Virus record (IMG/VR): IMGVR_UViG_3300034061_005656
Length of the DNA stretch: 64,000 bases
Reading direction: 5' to 3' (one strand)
From: an uncultured virus (IMG/VR IMGVR_UViG_3300034061_005656)
Taxonomy: Duplodnaviria > Heunggongvirae > Uroviricota > Caudoviricetes
Part shown: positions 1 through 8,999 of the stretch, piece by piece
Layout: each line of letters starts with the position of its first letter
Numbering within the stretch: position 1 is the first letter of the stretch
Notes under the pieces: model-generated
What the model saw: the letters and a program-made list of their open reading frames with translations, nothing else
What the model was told of the DNA's origin: nothing
The model's database searches: none
Translations under genes and position numbers: made by a program

Positions 1-1
1 A

Positions 2-136
2 CCAGTTGCCGCAGCTGCACCAGCGCCTGCACCAGCTCCTGCTCCCGCGGCTGCTCCAGCTGCAGAAGCGCCAGCACCAGCACCAGCGCCTGCACCAGTT
101 GCAGAAGCTGCTGCACCTCCAGCTGCTCCTTTCTGA
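2..136 (+). CDS. 3' end of a gene with a Pro/Ala-rich tail ending ...APPAAPF* (probably ssDNA-binding protein), partial
   Basis: Frame starting at base 2 reads PVAAAPAPAPAPAPAAAPAAEAPAPAPAPAPVAEAAAPPAAPF-TGA; a low-complexity tail ending in PF is typical of SSB C-termini. Confidence 0.5.
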   Translation, partial: PVAAAAPAPAPAPAPAAAPAAEAPAPAPAPAPVAEAAAPPAAPF

Positions 137-159
137 TTCGATAGGAAAAGCTCTGCTTA

Positions 160-201
160 ATGCGCCAGAGCTGTACCTTTCGAGGTATAGTTCTGGTGCA
201 T
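160..201 (+). terminator. Long stem-loop between the partial gene and the glycosyltransferase-like gene
   Basis: atgcgccagagctgtacct-TTCG-aggtatagttctggtgcat, ~19-bp stem with G-U pairs and a UUCG loop. Confidence 0.6.
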
Positions 202-226
202 CAGCATATTCACGAAAGACAGGTTT

Positions 227-1429
227 ATGAAAATTTTAATGACAGGTTTTACTGCGCTTCAGATTAACACTGAACGACGCACTATTCAAAAAATTGATGT
301 CCCAGCTTCTATTGTAAAAGCCCTCGAAGAATGTGGGCATGAAGTTGATTGGCGTCGAGTTACGCCAGGCGAAGATCTCTCAATGTACGATGTTATATGG
401 GTCAATCTTGCGCCACTAAACTCACTCAACGGCAGACAAGGCGCAATGGGCGCGCTGTATGCTCTTAGTTCTGGAATACCTGCGGTCGGATTTTTTGACG
501 ACTGGCAATTTAGTTCAGTGTTTAACGCATGTCGTGCGCTAAAAAATCACCCAGAGCTTCTTTACAAGTATCTTCTTAGTGGCCCGCGAGGCGATGAAGC
601 AGCGACGTACTACACTCTTCATGAGGCGCAAGCCGCAATTGAGCGTGTTCGTGCCAGCAACCCAGATGACGCAAACAAGTGCGCAGTAGGCCGATACTTT
701 TTTAATGACACAGACGAAAACATTAAGCAATACGAAAATCAACTTGTTGCTACGGCTGAGTCAATGCTAGGCGAGCGCTGGTCGCACGGTTTAGTTCCAG
801 CGTGCCCAATGTACTCATTTGGCGATCGTTCTTTAGTTCGTAAGCGTATGCCAAAGGAAATGTCTGGCATTGAAGCTCTAGATCCGAGCGCGACTATTTA
901 CGATATTCTGTCAACATCAGAGCCAAAAGATCCAGGTCTAAAAGAGCGCAAGTGGGTTCTTGGTGCTTTGATGCCTCATGACACTTGGCTTGAGCGCAAG
1001 AAACCAGAATGGCCTGTTGAAATTATTGGTAGTCGTAAGCTAATCAAAAAGTTTGGCGGACAGCGTCTTGACAGTGAAGCAGACGTTCTTGCTTTCTACA
1101 ATGACTACTGGGGTATCTTGTCGCCTCCATACCCTCATGCGGGCTCTGGCTGGTGGAGAAGCCGGTTTATGTATGCCGCAAGGGTTGGTTCTATTCTTGT
1201 AACAGACAAAGGCGAAGGCAACCCATTGGGCAAGCCTTACAAGTTAACAATTAAAGAAGTTGAAGCAATGTCAGACGCTGAACTTGCTGAGGCTGCAACC
1301 GCTCAAGGGGACGCACTGCGCCCGCACATGCCAGCGTATAGTTCTTTTGTTGAGCACTGTAATCGTATTGTTCATCGCGCGCTTGCTGAAGACAAAGGTC
1401 TTAAAATTAACCCAGATGGGACTAAGTAA
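227..1429 (+). CDS. Putative GT-B-fold glycosyltransferase (DNA beta-glucosyltransferase-like)
   Basis: MKILMTG start, 'ALEECGHEVD', 'GFFDDWQ', C-terminal 'WWRSRFMYAARVGSILVTD' pattern like GT-B sugar-donor domains; sits in a nucleotide/DNA-modification cluster. Confidence 0.5.
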   Translation: MKILMTGFTALQINTERRTIQKIDVPASIVKALEECGHEVDWRRVTPGEDLSMYDVIWVNLAPLNSLNGRQGAMGALYALSSGIPAVGFFDDWQFSSVFNACRALKNHPELLYKYLLSGPRGDEAATYYTLHEAQAAIERVRASNPDDANKCAVGRYFFNDTDENIKQYENQLVATAESMLGERWSHGLVPACPMYSFGDRSLVRKRMPKEMSGIEALDPSATIYDILSTSEPKDPGLKERKWVLGALMPHDTWLERKKPEWPVEIIGSRKLIKKFGGQRLDSEADVLAFYNDYWGILSPPYPHAGSGWWRSRFMYAARVGSILVTDKGEGNPLGKPYKLTIKEVEAMSDAELAEAATAQGDALRPHMPAYSSFVEHCNRIVHRALAEDKGLKINPDGTK

Positions 1430-1431
1430 AA

Positions 1432-2463
1432 GTGGCTAGAGTTTTTATAACGGGAATGACTTCTCCGCAGTCGTCTCGAAGGCTTAATGCAAAGTCCATG
1501 TCTTTTACTGGGGCAATTGTAAATATTCTTGAAAACCTCGGTCACCATGTAGAGTGGGGAAGCCCGTCAGTATCTGTGTCAAAGAAAGACTTTGACAACT
1601 ATGACATTATTATCATAGGCGTTGCTCCACCAATGAGCATTGCTTCTAACAACGCATTTAGCGCACTTAACATGGTTGACTTACTGTGGGACGACGAAAG
1701 ACTTAGGTTACTCGTTGATTCACCGTCACCTGAGTCAATTTTGGCTAATCTTCGTGCTGTAGATCGAGAAAGCTTTAGAATGTTTGCAAATTTTTATGCG
1801 CAAAGGAAACAATACGCAGAAGTAATGTCAAACCCTAAAGTACAGGAAAAAATAATTTCAGCAACCCGCAAGCTATTCGCTAAGACATGGCCAACTACGT
1901 TGTACCCAACTACACCGTGGTCTGACATGTCGTCTGTTTCAACAAAACTACCAAAAGGCGCTCAGTCATCGCTAGCAAGTCTTTGCATTGATTCTTACTA
2001 TCTTTCTTCTACAGCTGCATTATCGTCTTCAACAGTGACCAACTCTTGGGCGGTAGATACTAAAACAACTAAGTGGGCACTTTCAACAATGTCTTCTTTA
2101 ATGTTTCCGACAGCGCTTATGAAACCAGTCAGAACCGCTGACGATGACACAGTTCAAAAAGTACTATCTACTTCGTATGGAGCTTTAATTAGCCCGACAA
2201 ATAACGGAGCTATTCCTTGGAGTTACAGATGGGCACAAGCAATGAATTCTGGCACTCCAATTGCGAGTGACTGGAAGATTACATCAAGCATTGGTTCTTC
2301 GTGGTCTCATTTAGCAGCGGGCATTGAAGAAATGTCTTTAATTGATCGTTTTGAGCTTTCAGTATCTCAAATGGCAGATTATTTGAATGCTATACCACCA
2401 AAAAATATGGCTACAAACACATTACAAACAACGTTAGGAATAAAAAATGAAAGTACTATTTAA
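1432..2463 (+). CDS. Second GT-B-like protein, diverged paralog of 227..1429
   Basis: Same architecture: 'RVFITG', 'LENLGHHVEW', 'YDIIIIGVAP', 'WSYRWAQAMNSGTPIASD'. Confidence 0.45.
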   Translation: MARVFITGMTSPQSSRRLNAKSMSFTGAIVNILENLGHHVEWGSPSVSVSKKDFDNYDIIIIGVAPPMSIASNNAFSALNMVDLLWDDERLRLLVDSPSPESILANLRAVDRESFRMFANFYAQRKQYAEVMSNPKVQEKIISATRKLFAKTWPTTLYPTTPWSDMSSVSTKLPKGAQSSLASLCIDSYYLSSTAALSSSTVTNSWAVDTKTTKWALSTMSSLMFPTALMKPVRTADDDTVQKVLSTSYGALISPTNNGAIPWSYRWAQAMNSGTPIASDWKITSSIGSSWSHLAAGIEEMSLIDRFELSVSQMADYLNAIPPKNMATNTLQTTLGIKNESTI

Positions 2464-2911
2464 TAAATGGCTTGAAAAAACAAAGCAACTTCAGGTCGAC
2501 GTCTACGGCGCAGACTATACTCAGTTCCATAGCAATGCACCAGAAGATCTCAACGCTTTAATTGAGTATATTCGCTGGAACATGCTAGCTATCGATGATG
2601 AACTTGCAGAAGCACGGCAGGCAATTTCATGGAAGCCTTGGCAACATGATGAACCATACGCAGACAGAAAAGAATTAGTTAAAGAATGCGTTGATGTTTT
2701 GCATTTTGTGGCAAACATTCTGTGCGCCGCCGGCGCTACTGATGAAGAGCTCGATACGGAGTATCTTGCAAAAATGCAGAAAAACGCAGACCGCCAGAAA
2801 AACGGATACAGAGTTCTTGACCCAGGTATGAAATGCGTTAAGTGCACTCGCGCGCTCGATGACTACGACGTGGCAAGCTGTATAGAGTCCGACTGCCCGT
2901 CTAAGAAGTAG
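2447..2911 (+). CDS. All-alpha NTP pyrophosphatase (dimeric dUTPase/dCTPase-like, MazG superfamily) with Cys-rich C-terminus
   Basis: 'DELAEARQAISWKPW' and 'KECVDVLHF' motifs, 'KMQKNADRQ' tail. Confidence 0.75.
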   Translation: MKVLFNKWLEKTKQLQVDVYGADYTQFHSNAPEDLNALIEYIRWNMLAIDDELAEARQAISWKPWQHDEPYADRKELVKECVDVLHFVANILCAAGATDEELDTEYLAKMQKNADRQKNGYRVLDPGMKCVKCTRALDDYDVASCIESDCPSKK

Positions 2912-2913
2912 TC

Positions 2914-3144
2914 ATGGAAAAGTGGATTCAAGCGCACGCGACGAACACTAAAGCCGGCGATATAGTGCGAGTCAAAGAAAACACATTTTCAACAAAGCTT
3001 GGGCAATCTCATAACGGAAGAATCTGTGAAGTACTTGAAGTACGTGGAGGCGATTTTATTGTCAAGTCCATTGATGACAAAACACCTGTGTTGAAAAGAA
3101 CATATTATTCACCAAACATTTTAGAAAAAAGAGCAAGTCAATGA
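2914..3144 (+). CDS. Hypothetical small beta-barrel (SH3/KOW-like) protein
   Basis: 'KAGDIVRVK...GRICEVLEV' pattern; tightly packed in operon. Confidence 0.5.
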   Translation: MEKWIQAHATNTKAGDIVRVKENTFSTKLGQSHNGRICEVLEVRGGDFIVKSIDDKTPVLKRTYYSPNILEKRASQ

Positions 3145-3356
3145 GAGTATCAGTAAAGTTTCAGGCGTTTGGTAACACGCTTGAAGACATGACAGAAGAC
3201 GCTCGCAAACGCTGGGCAGAATTTGTCAATAATACAGAAGCTAAATTGCCCGCTAGCAGTGAGCTAAGCGTTGAGACTGAAACAGACAAATCTGGCAATA
3301 CGACGTACATAGCAACTGTCTATGCTCTTACAAAGGTAGATACCGATGAGCAATAA
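3141..3356 (+). CDS. Hypothetical protein
   Basis: ATGA overlap with the upstream gene, overlaps the downstream start. Confidence 0.55.
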   Translation: MRVSVKFQAFGNTLEDMTEDARKRWAEFVNNTEAKLPASSELSVETETDKSGNTTYIATVYALTKVDTDEQ

Positions 3357-3645
3357 AAGCAAAAATGGAAGACAGGTTTGTTTAGAAGAAGCTAGCAGAA
3401 TTGTTGACGGAGAACGTGACAAACAATACGGCGGCCCAGAAGATAACTTTACGCGTATTGCAAAAATTTGGTCTGTCATTCTTGGGATTGAAGTAACTCA
3501 AGAAGACGTTGCAATGATGATGGTCGGAGTAAAAGTTGCTCGCTACGCCAGCAAGTCTGGGTTTCAACCTGACACTTGGATTGACGTTGCTGGCTACGGT
3601 GCATGCGGCTATGAAGTTGGCGAAAAAATAGCCAGAAAAGCATAA
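3346..3645 (+). CDS. DUF6378-like phage protein
   Basis: 'EEASRIVDGERDKQYGGPEDNFTRIAKIWS...DVAMMMVGVKVAR...DTWIDVAGY' matches this common phage family as I recall it. Confidence 0.7.
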   Translation: MSNKSKNGRQVCLEEASRIVDGERDKQYGGPEDNFTRIAKIWSVILGIEVTQEDVAMMMVGVKVARYASKSGFQPDTWIDVAGYGACGYEVGEKIARKA

Positions 3646-3694
3646 CCTCGTGGTAGGATGTAATTCTGCAACACTGACTAGGTAGGTAAAAGCA

Positions 3695-4978
3695 ATGTCA
3701 AAACCGAATTTTATTGACTGTAACGGTCTCGCTGGATTTATGAGCTACGGCTTCGTAAACTCCGGAATGGAAATGTCTCTTCGCACTGGTACACTTAATT
3801 TTGGAAACCCAGTTGCTGAACTTAATAGAAAACATCTTGGAGACAAATGGGCTGCTTTTTTCTCTAATGACGAAGAAGATTGGCCAGTTGTAGACGCTGA
3901 CGTAGTACTAGGGTGTCCTCCGTGCTCTGGCTGGTCTGTTTGGTCAGGCCCAGCAAACCGCGGGCCAGACGCAGCAGCACACGAACATACGCGCGCGTTT
4001 ATGCGATATGCCGCTAAGGTAAAGCCCAAAATGATTATCTTTGAATGTGTGCAGCAAGCTTACACTCAAGGTAAAGAAGTCATGGGCCAGTATCGCCAAA
4101 TGGTTGAAGAACTTTCTGGCAAAGAGTACGACCTGTATCATGTCAAAATGAACAATCTTCAAGTCGGTGGATTTTCATACCGGCCGCGCTATTTTTGGAC
4201 TGCTGTTGAAAAAGGAATGCCTTTCGGCGCGTACGCCGAAGCTCCAAAAGAAATGCCGACAATGATGGATGTCATTGGCGACTTGGAAAACTGCGAAATT
4301 CAGTGGGAATCTCAGACCTACGGCGGAGAAGCTTCCAAATTCGTAAAAGGTTTACGCAACCAAAGCGGAACTGTAAATGGTCATATGGCCAAGCAAAATA
4401 TAAACGCTACTCGCATTAAAGAAATTTTTGACATTATCGGTTCTGACGACTGGAAACCCCGTCAAGCAATCAATACGGCTCTTAAAGACGCTGTAGACAA
4501 AAACGGTGGCAACTTCCCACAAAACTGGGTTTCAATCCAAGACAAGATTATTGATAATGATTTTTACATGGGATTTTCTATGCCGTCCCGATGGGACGCT
4601 AATTCTTGGTGCAACGTTTTAACTGGCAGCGCTCTAGACCATGTTATTCATCCGACACAGCCGCGACTGATTACTCACCGGGAAGCTGCCCGTATTCAAG
4701 GTCTTCCTGACGACTGGGAATTTGTTGAAGCTAGAGGCTACTCTGCTCTGGCGGCTACTTGGGGTAAGGCGGTTGCTGCTCAGGCAGCAGACTGGATCGG
4801 CGCTGCTGCTGTCGCATCTCTTAATGGTGAGCCTAACGGCCCACAAGGAGAGCTCATTGGAGATCGCGAGTGGTTGGTAGATACCGATAAAGGTTTCAGC
4901 CGCAATCATGTTGCAAAAACTTGGTACCCAGAGAAGTACAGCAAGCCAGGCGAAAAAATTGGTAAGCCAGCAAAGTAG
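3695..4978 (+). CDS. DNA (cytosine-5)-methyltransferase-like protein with variant motifs
   Basis: Catalytic motif IV 'GCPPCSGWS', motif VIII 'RPRYF', motif IX 'HREAARIQGLPDDW'; motifs I, VI and X deviate. Confidence 0.8.
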   Translation: MSKPNFIDCNGLAGFMSYGFVNSGMEMSLRTGTLNFGNPVAELNRKHLGDKWAAFFSNDEEDWPVVDADVVLGCPPCSGWSVWSGPANRGPDAAAHEHTRAFMRYAAKVKPKMIIFECVQQAYTQGKEVMGQYRQMVEELSGKEYDLYHVKMNNLQVGGFSYRPRYFWTAVEKGMPFGAYAEAPKEMPTMMDVIGDLENCEIQWESQTYGGEASKFVKGLRNQSGTVNGHMAKQNINATRIKEIFDIIGSDDWKPRQAINTALKDAVDKNGGNFPQNWVSIQDKIIDNDFYMGFSMPSRWDANSWCNVLTGSALDHVIHPTQPRLITHREAARIQGLPDDWEFVEARGYSALAATWGKAVAAQAADWIGAAAVASLNGEPNGPQGELIGDREWLVDTDKGFSRNHVAKTWYPEKYSKPGEKIGKPAK

Positions 4979-5039
4979 CAGTTGCTGTTTTTAGCAGCGG
5001 CAGTGATATAATGTACCAAACGACAAACGGACGGTACAT

Positions 5040-5552
5040 ATGCAATCATTTCTTACAAACACTCAGTCATTCGAACTGACGTCTGCCCACCTGGACAACA
5101 AGCGTCTACACAAACAGACCTTAGAAGCCTGGCAGTGCCTTCTCACAATGTGTGAGCTTGACCCTGAAGGCAATGACCGTAAGCCCAAAGGCTGGTCTAG
5201 TCATCCTGTTGTCAAAATGTGGCGCGGCCATGAAACACTGCTTGTTTCTTATATTTCAGCTACGTATTTTGAGTGGAAGTCTCGTGGCTACAGATCTACC
5301 TTGCTAGAAAAGACGTACCGTACCTATGACAAAGCCGTAGAACTTGGTCGTATTTCTTCAGAGCTTACGCTGCCTTCGTGGATGCAAGATCAGCAGTACT
5401 TTGAAAACCTGTGCTCCACGCACAGAACGGCTCTTCTTTGCAAACACTATGACTGGTACAAGCAATTTGGGTGGGCTGAAGACCCCGGTTTTGCTCCAGA
5501 AACCTACGAATATTTGTGGCCACACCAAGATGGGTACGTTGCGGCCGCATAG
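5040..5552 (+). CDS. Pyrimidine-dimer DNA glycosylase / MSMEG_6728-family protein
   Basis: 'MQSFL...LDNKRLHKQTLEAWQ...HPVVKMWRGHE...HRTALLCK...YLWP'. Confidence 0.8.
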   Translation: MQSFLTNTQSFELTSAHLDNKRLHKQTLEAWQCLLTMCELDPEGNDRKPKGWSSHPVVKMWRGHETLLVSYISATYFEWKSRGYRSTLLEKTYRTYDKAVELGRISSELTLPSWMQDQQYFENLCSTHRTALLCKHYDWYKQFGWAEDPGFAPETYEYLWPHQDGYVAAA

Positions 5553-5672
5553 CCTATTGTGAGAATCACTGAGAGCCTCTCTCAGGGTTGAAACCTGTAA
5601 ATCAATAAAGTTGGCAATAAATGCCAAAAAACACCTAAAGAGCGGCTTACACAGTATACAATTGTCTATACC

Positions 5673-6011
5673 ATGCGGGACCTAAGAACAGGCGAATGTC
5701 TGTGGTCTGAGTGGGTAGGTAGCGGGTTTACCTCAGATTCTTCTGAGCCCGTGTTCTTCACTCATGGCCATATTGACATTGAAAATGAAATAGTCAGCCG
5801 AGCACTCGCTTCCGCCTTGCAAAGAGACGGCTCAGCGGTAACCCTTGGGGACGGCTTTCAACTTGTGAACAAGGCAAAAGTGGTCCATGGCTACGCAGGC
5901 ATAGTCGACGCTGATATTGATTTTTCAGTGTGTGACGAGCATGGAGAGACGCGCGAAGGTGACGAAGTAGACGAGGTATTGGAAGTTACCTGGGTCATTT
6001 TTAGTGTCTAA
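5673..6011 (+). CDS. Hypothetical acidic protein
   Basis: 112-aa ORF, preceded by TACAAT, overlaps the WhiB start. Confidence 0.6.
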   Translation: MRDLRTGECLWSEWVGSGFTSDSSEPVFFTHGHIDIENEIVSRALASALQRDGSAVTLGDGFQLVNKAKVVHGYAGIVDADIDFSVCDEHGETREGDEVDEVLEVTWVIFSV

Positions 6012-6540
6012 ATTTGGAGATCTGTCCTGGCACGAAGATGCCGAGTGCCGCAAGCCAGCACATAAGAAGCTAAAGCCATATTTCTTTTCAAATGTTCCAA
6101 GTGAGAAATATGATGCAAGAAACTTGTGCTTTAGCTGCCCCGTAAGAAAGACGTGTCTCAAGTGGGCGCTTGATAATAAACAGATTTGGGGAATCTGGGG
6201 TGGAAAAGACGAAGCTGAAATTCGTCGCGCGCTGTCGGTTTCTCACACAGGGCAAGAAATTCGTCGTCAGCGATTTCCTAATTGCCCATACTGTGGCGCA
6301 CGTCCAATCAAACTCGATGTTGAAATGCGAGATGATCCAGACGGCGGACGCTGGACAACTGCTAAGTATGTAGTATGCTCAGAGTGTGAGTTCGAGTGGA
6401 AAAGCAGAACCAGTGCAAACGCGGTTAACGCGTACAAAGCTGCTAAGGCTGCAAAGAAAAAACCTAAGTCTTCTTCTAAAGTTACTGAGAAAGTTGAGTA
6501 TCTTCAAGAGACGGCTGACGATCAGCCTGAAGATTTTTAA
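6004..6540 (+). CDS. whiB: WhiB-family transcription factor fused to a C-terminal zinc ribbon
   Basis: C..CxxCPVRKTC..'WGIWGG'; extra CPYC...CSEC. Confidence 0.85.
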   Translation: MSKFGDLSWHEDAECRKPAHKKLKPYFFSNVPSEKYDARNLCFSCPVRKTCLKWALDNKQIWGIWGGKDEAEIRRALSVSHTGQEIRRQRFPNCPYCGARPIKLDVEMRDDPDGGRWTTAKYVVCSECEFEWKSRTSANAVNAYKAAKAAKKKPKSSSKVTEKVEYLQETADDQPEDF

Positions 6541-6628
6541 TCATTGCTTTTAGCATTGCAATTTGAAGAGTTTGCTGCTTATTGATTTCCAGTAGCTCTT
6601 CGATCAGGGCTTGTGCTTCAATGTCCAT
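6482..6628 (-). CDS. Small coiled-coil protein at the end of the tail operon
   Basis: Read by eye: MDIEAQALIEELLEINKQQTLQIAMLKAMIKNLQADRQPSLEDTQLSQ*, preceded by AAGGAAA; overlaps the WhiB 3' end convergently. Confidence 0.45.
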   Translation of the reverse strand: MDIEAQALIEELLEINKQQTLQIAMLKAMIKNLQADRQPSLEDTQLSQ

Positions 6629-6646
6629 TGTGTATGTTTCCTTTAT

Positions 6647-7708
6647 CTATTGTGTAAGTTCGTACCAACCCTTACCCCATAGAGTAAGAAGTCGTTTGAA
6701 GTATTTATCATACATCAAAGCAACGGTATCTAAACCGTATCTTTGCGTAGAATATTCGTGAATAGCTTTGCGGTCAAGATTTTCTGCTTTTTGCGCGGCG
6801 TCTATAAACTCTTGAAGTGTATGGCAGCGAAATCCTGTAACACCGTCAATGACGGTTTCAGTAAATGCACCCCAGTCAGTTGATATGACTGGCGAGCCAC
6901 AAGCCATTGCTTCAATAGCTACGGTGCCAAACGGTTCAACATAAATAGTTGGTGTAAATGTTGCTATTGCGCCGCCCATAAGCTTTGCGCGCTCTTCAGT
7001 GCCTACTACACCGACGTACTCGCCGTACTCTGGAGGAGTGCCTTGTCCTGCAATTACTAATCGCTTGCCCATACTTTTGCACACATCAACTGCAATTTGA
7101 TAGCCTTTACGCTCAATCAGTCTGCCAATGTATAGGTAGTAATCGTCAGCCGTTTCTTGCAAAGGAAAGTCTTTAACGTCAATGTAGCTTGGGATAACAG
7201 TGTCATAAAACTTACCGTCAAGAGCATGAGGGTCAGTTACTTTGGAGCCGTAGCAGGAGTGCATCCATGCGTAAGATTCAAAGACTTTGTATTTTGCGAA
7301 TGAGCCGCCGTACCCAATACCAAACTCTACGCTTAGCTCTTGAGGAAAAGCATCAGCAATCGGTTTAGATGCGTAGCCTGCGATAAGGCAAATAAAATCT
7401 TGGTGCTCGAGGCGCTTGCCTATTTCTTTTATAGCGTTGTTATTGAATGTTTGCCAGTGTGACAAGTTCCAGTCAAAAGATGCTGCCGAGTAGTGACTGG
7501 TTCCCACCGCTTCAAGACGCTGTTCTTCAGTAATACACATGATGTGCTCGTCGCAAGGCGCTTCGTTAAGCTCACATGCGTACAGATACACAGTGTGGCC
7601 AAGATTTTTCATCATGATGCAAAACTTGCGAACTTTTTCGGTATAGGCGCAAGCTGTAAATTCTTCTGTTGTGTTTGTGTGTGGTAGTGAAACTACGTGA
7701 AATCTCAT
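6647..7708 (-). CDS. Glycosyltransferase family 4 (group 1)
   Basis: 'YIGRLIERKG', 'EPFGTVAIEAMACGSPVI...GAFTETVIDGVTGF'. Confidence 0.9.
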   Translation of the reverse strand: MRFHVVSLPHTNTTEEFTACAYTEKVRKFCIMMKNLGHTVYLYACELNEAPCDEHIMCITEEQRLEAVGTSHYSAASFDWNLSHWQTFNNNAIKEIGKRLEHQDFICLIAGYASKPIADAFPQELSVEFGIGYGGSFAKYKVFESYAWMHSCYGSKVTDPHALDGKFYDTVIPSYIDVKDFPLQETADDYYLYIGRLIERKGYQIAVDVCKSMGKRLVIAGQGTPPEYGEYVGVVGTEERAKLMGGAIATFTPTIYVEPFGTVAIEAMACGSPVISTDWGAFTETVIDGVTGFRCHTLQEFIDAAQKAENLDRKAIHEYSTQRYGLDTVALMYDKYFKRLLTLWGKGWYELTQ

Positions 7709-7717
7709 GACTAGATA

Positions 7718-8341
7718 CTACGAAAATATTGTTGGAATTTTGGCCAAGACGGCGACGCCAAGCAGCCACAGCACAACAGAAAACATAACCAAGTAGGCAA
7801 CAAGGTTTTTAATTTTCATAACAGCAGTAATACCTAAAAGAAACAAGGCAACGGCAAATAGCCCTGTCAGCATTTGAAGCCGATTGCTATGCCCGCCTTC
7901 AGTGTTTGATAAATCTATCCAGTACTTACTACCTTCAAACTGTTTGTTATATGGCTCGTATAAAGCATCCATATAGGGTTTGCATTCTGGCAATTGCTTT
8001 TTGGGGTCTTCAATAAAACAAGGCATTGCAAATTCATACAATTCGCTAGAACCGTTAAATGTTTTTATGTCGCTATAAATATCATCAAGACTGACGCCGT
8101 CAATTAGTACTCGGACTTGCTTGTCTTTCCACACAGTTAGGTCGTCTCTGTATTTGACCTCTGAAGTAATCCACATTCTGTCTGCCTCTGACAAACTCAG
8201 TTGGTATTCAGAGTTAGCGTCCGCCGACCTTCCTCCATGCAGGGACGATTGAATTGCTGTCCAGGCTGCAGTTGTTGAAACCAGACCAAGCATGACAACA
8301 ATTAAAAGGTCGCCTGAAAATTTTTGAATAATCTTATTCAT
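7718..8341 (-). CDS. Membrane protein (three TM segments)
   Basis: One N-terminal and two C-terminal hydrophobic helices around a soluble loop. Confidence 0.65.
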   Translation of the reverse strand: MNKIIQKFSGDLLIVVMLGLVSTTAAWTAIQSSLHGGRSADANSEYQLSLSEADRMWITSEVKYRDDLTVWKDKQVRVLIDGVSLDDIYSDIKTFNGSSELYEFAMPCFIEDPKKQLPECKPYMDALYEPYNKQFEGSKYWIDLSNTEGGHSNRLQMLTGLFAVALFLLGITAVMKIKNLVAYLVMFSVVLWLLGVAVLAKIPTIFS

Positions 8342-8355
8342 TTGTACGTTACCAA

Positions 8356-8973
8356 TCAGGAGTTAGAATAATCTGCGTATACTACGAACGAGCTAAGAAT
8401 AAGTTTATCGCTAGACATCGGAACCATTGCTTGGTGAGGATAGGACCAGTGAGTTGGGAAAATAGCAACAGAGCCTTTAGTCGGTTTAACATTGACATCT
8501 TGATGTCTAAAGTATGTTTCTCCGCCTTCTTCTACGGTGTTTACATACGCAACTATCGCAAGAACTCTATCGGCAACGTGCGGAGACCAGCATTCACCGT
8601 CAATATGCTCTCGGTAGTAGCCTTCGCCTTTTTTGTAACCTTGCCATAGATAGCCGGTGTCAATCAAGTTTGGGCACTTTTTTATCCAGTCGTACTCTTC
8701 TACATACATAGAAACTGCGACTTTCATTGATTCATAGATTTTTTTATCAAACTCGTTATATGTTTGTTTTTGTTTTTCAGAAAAAGTGCTGGCAGTTTGC
8801 GCGAAGTCAAGAGTCTTTTTTGTGTCAGGGTAGAAGCCACCGGAAGTTTTGCCTTCAGTAGCACAGTCTATATTGGAGTAGTAGAAGTCCCATATGCCGT
8901 CGCACAGTTCGTCGCTAAGCGCATTATGATACACCCAGATTGCATCTGATATTTGCTCTGCTCTAATACTCAT
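8356..8973 (-). CDS. 2OG-Fe(II) oxygenase (prolyl 4-hydroxylase-like)
   Basis: 'EHID' HxD, 'YVNTVEEGGETYF', 'YPHQAMV', terminal K in 'DKLIL'. Confidence 0.85.
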   Translation of the reverse strand: MSIRAEQISDAIWVYHNALSDELCDGIWDFYYSNIDCATEGKTSGGFYPDTKKTLDFAQTASTFSEKQKQTYNEFDKKIYESMKVAVSMYVEEYDWIKKCPNLIDTGYLWQGYKKGEGYYREHIDGECWSPHVADRVLAIVAYVNTVEEGGETYFRHQDVNVKPTKGSVAIFPTHWSYPHQAMVPMSSDKLILSSFVVYADYSNS

Positions 8974-8999
8974 TTGTTATTGTCTTTTCTTAGGTTGCT

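Noticed and set aside
6..230. 74-aa Gln/Leu/His-rich ORF from the track
   Set aside because: It is an alternative frame of the Pro/Ala-rich tail ending at 136 and runs across a hairpin.
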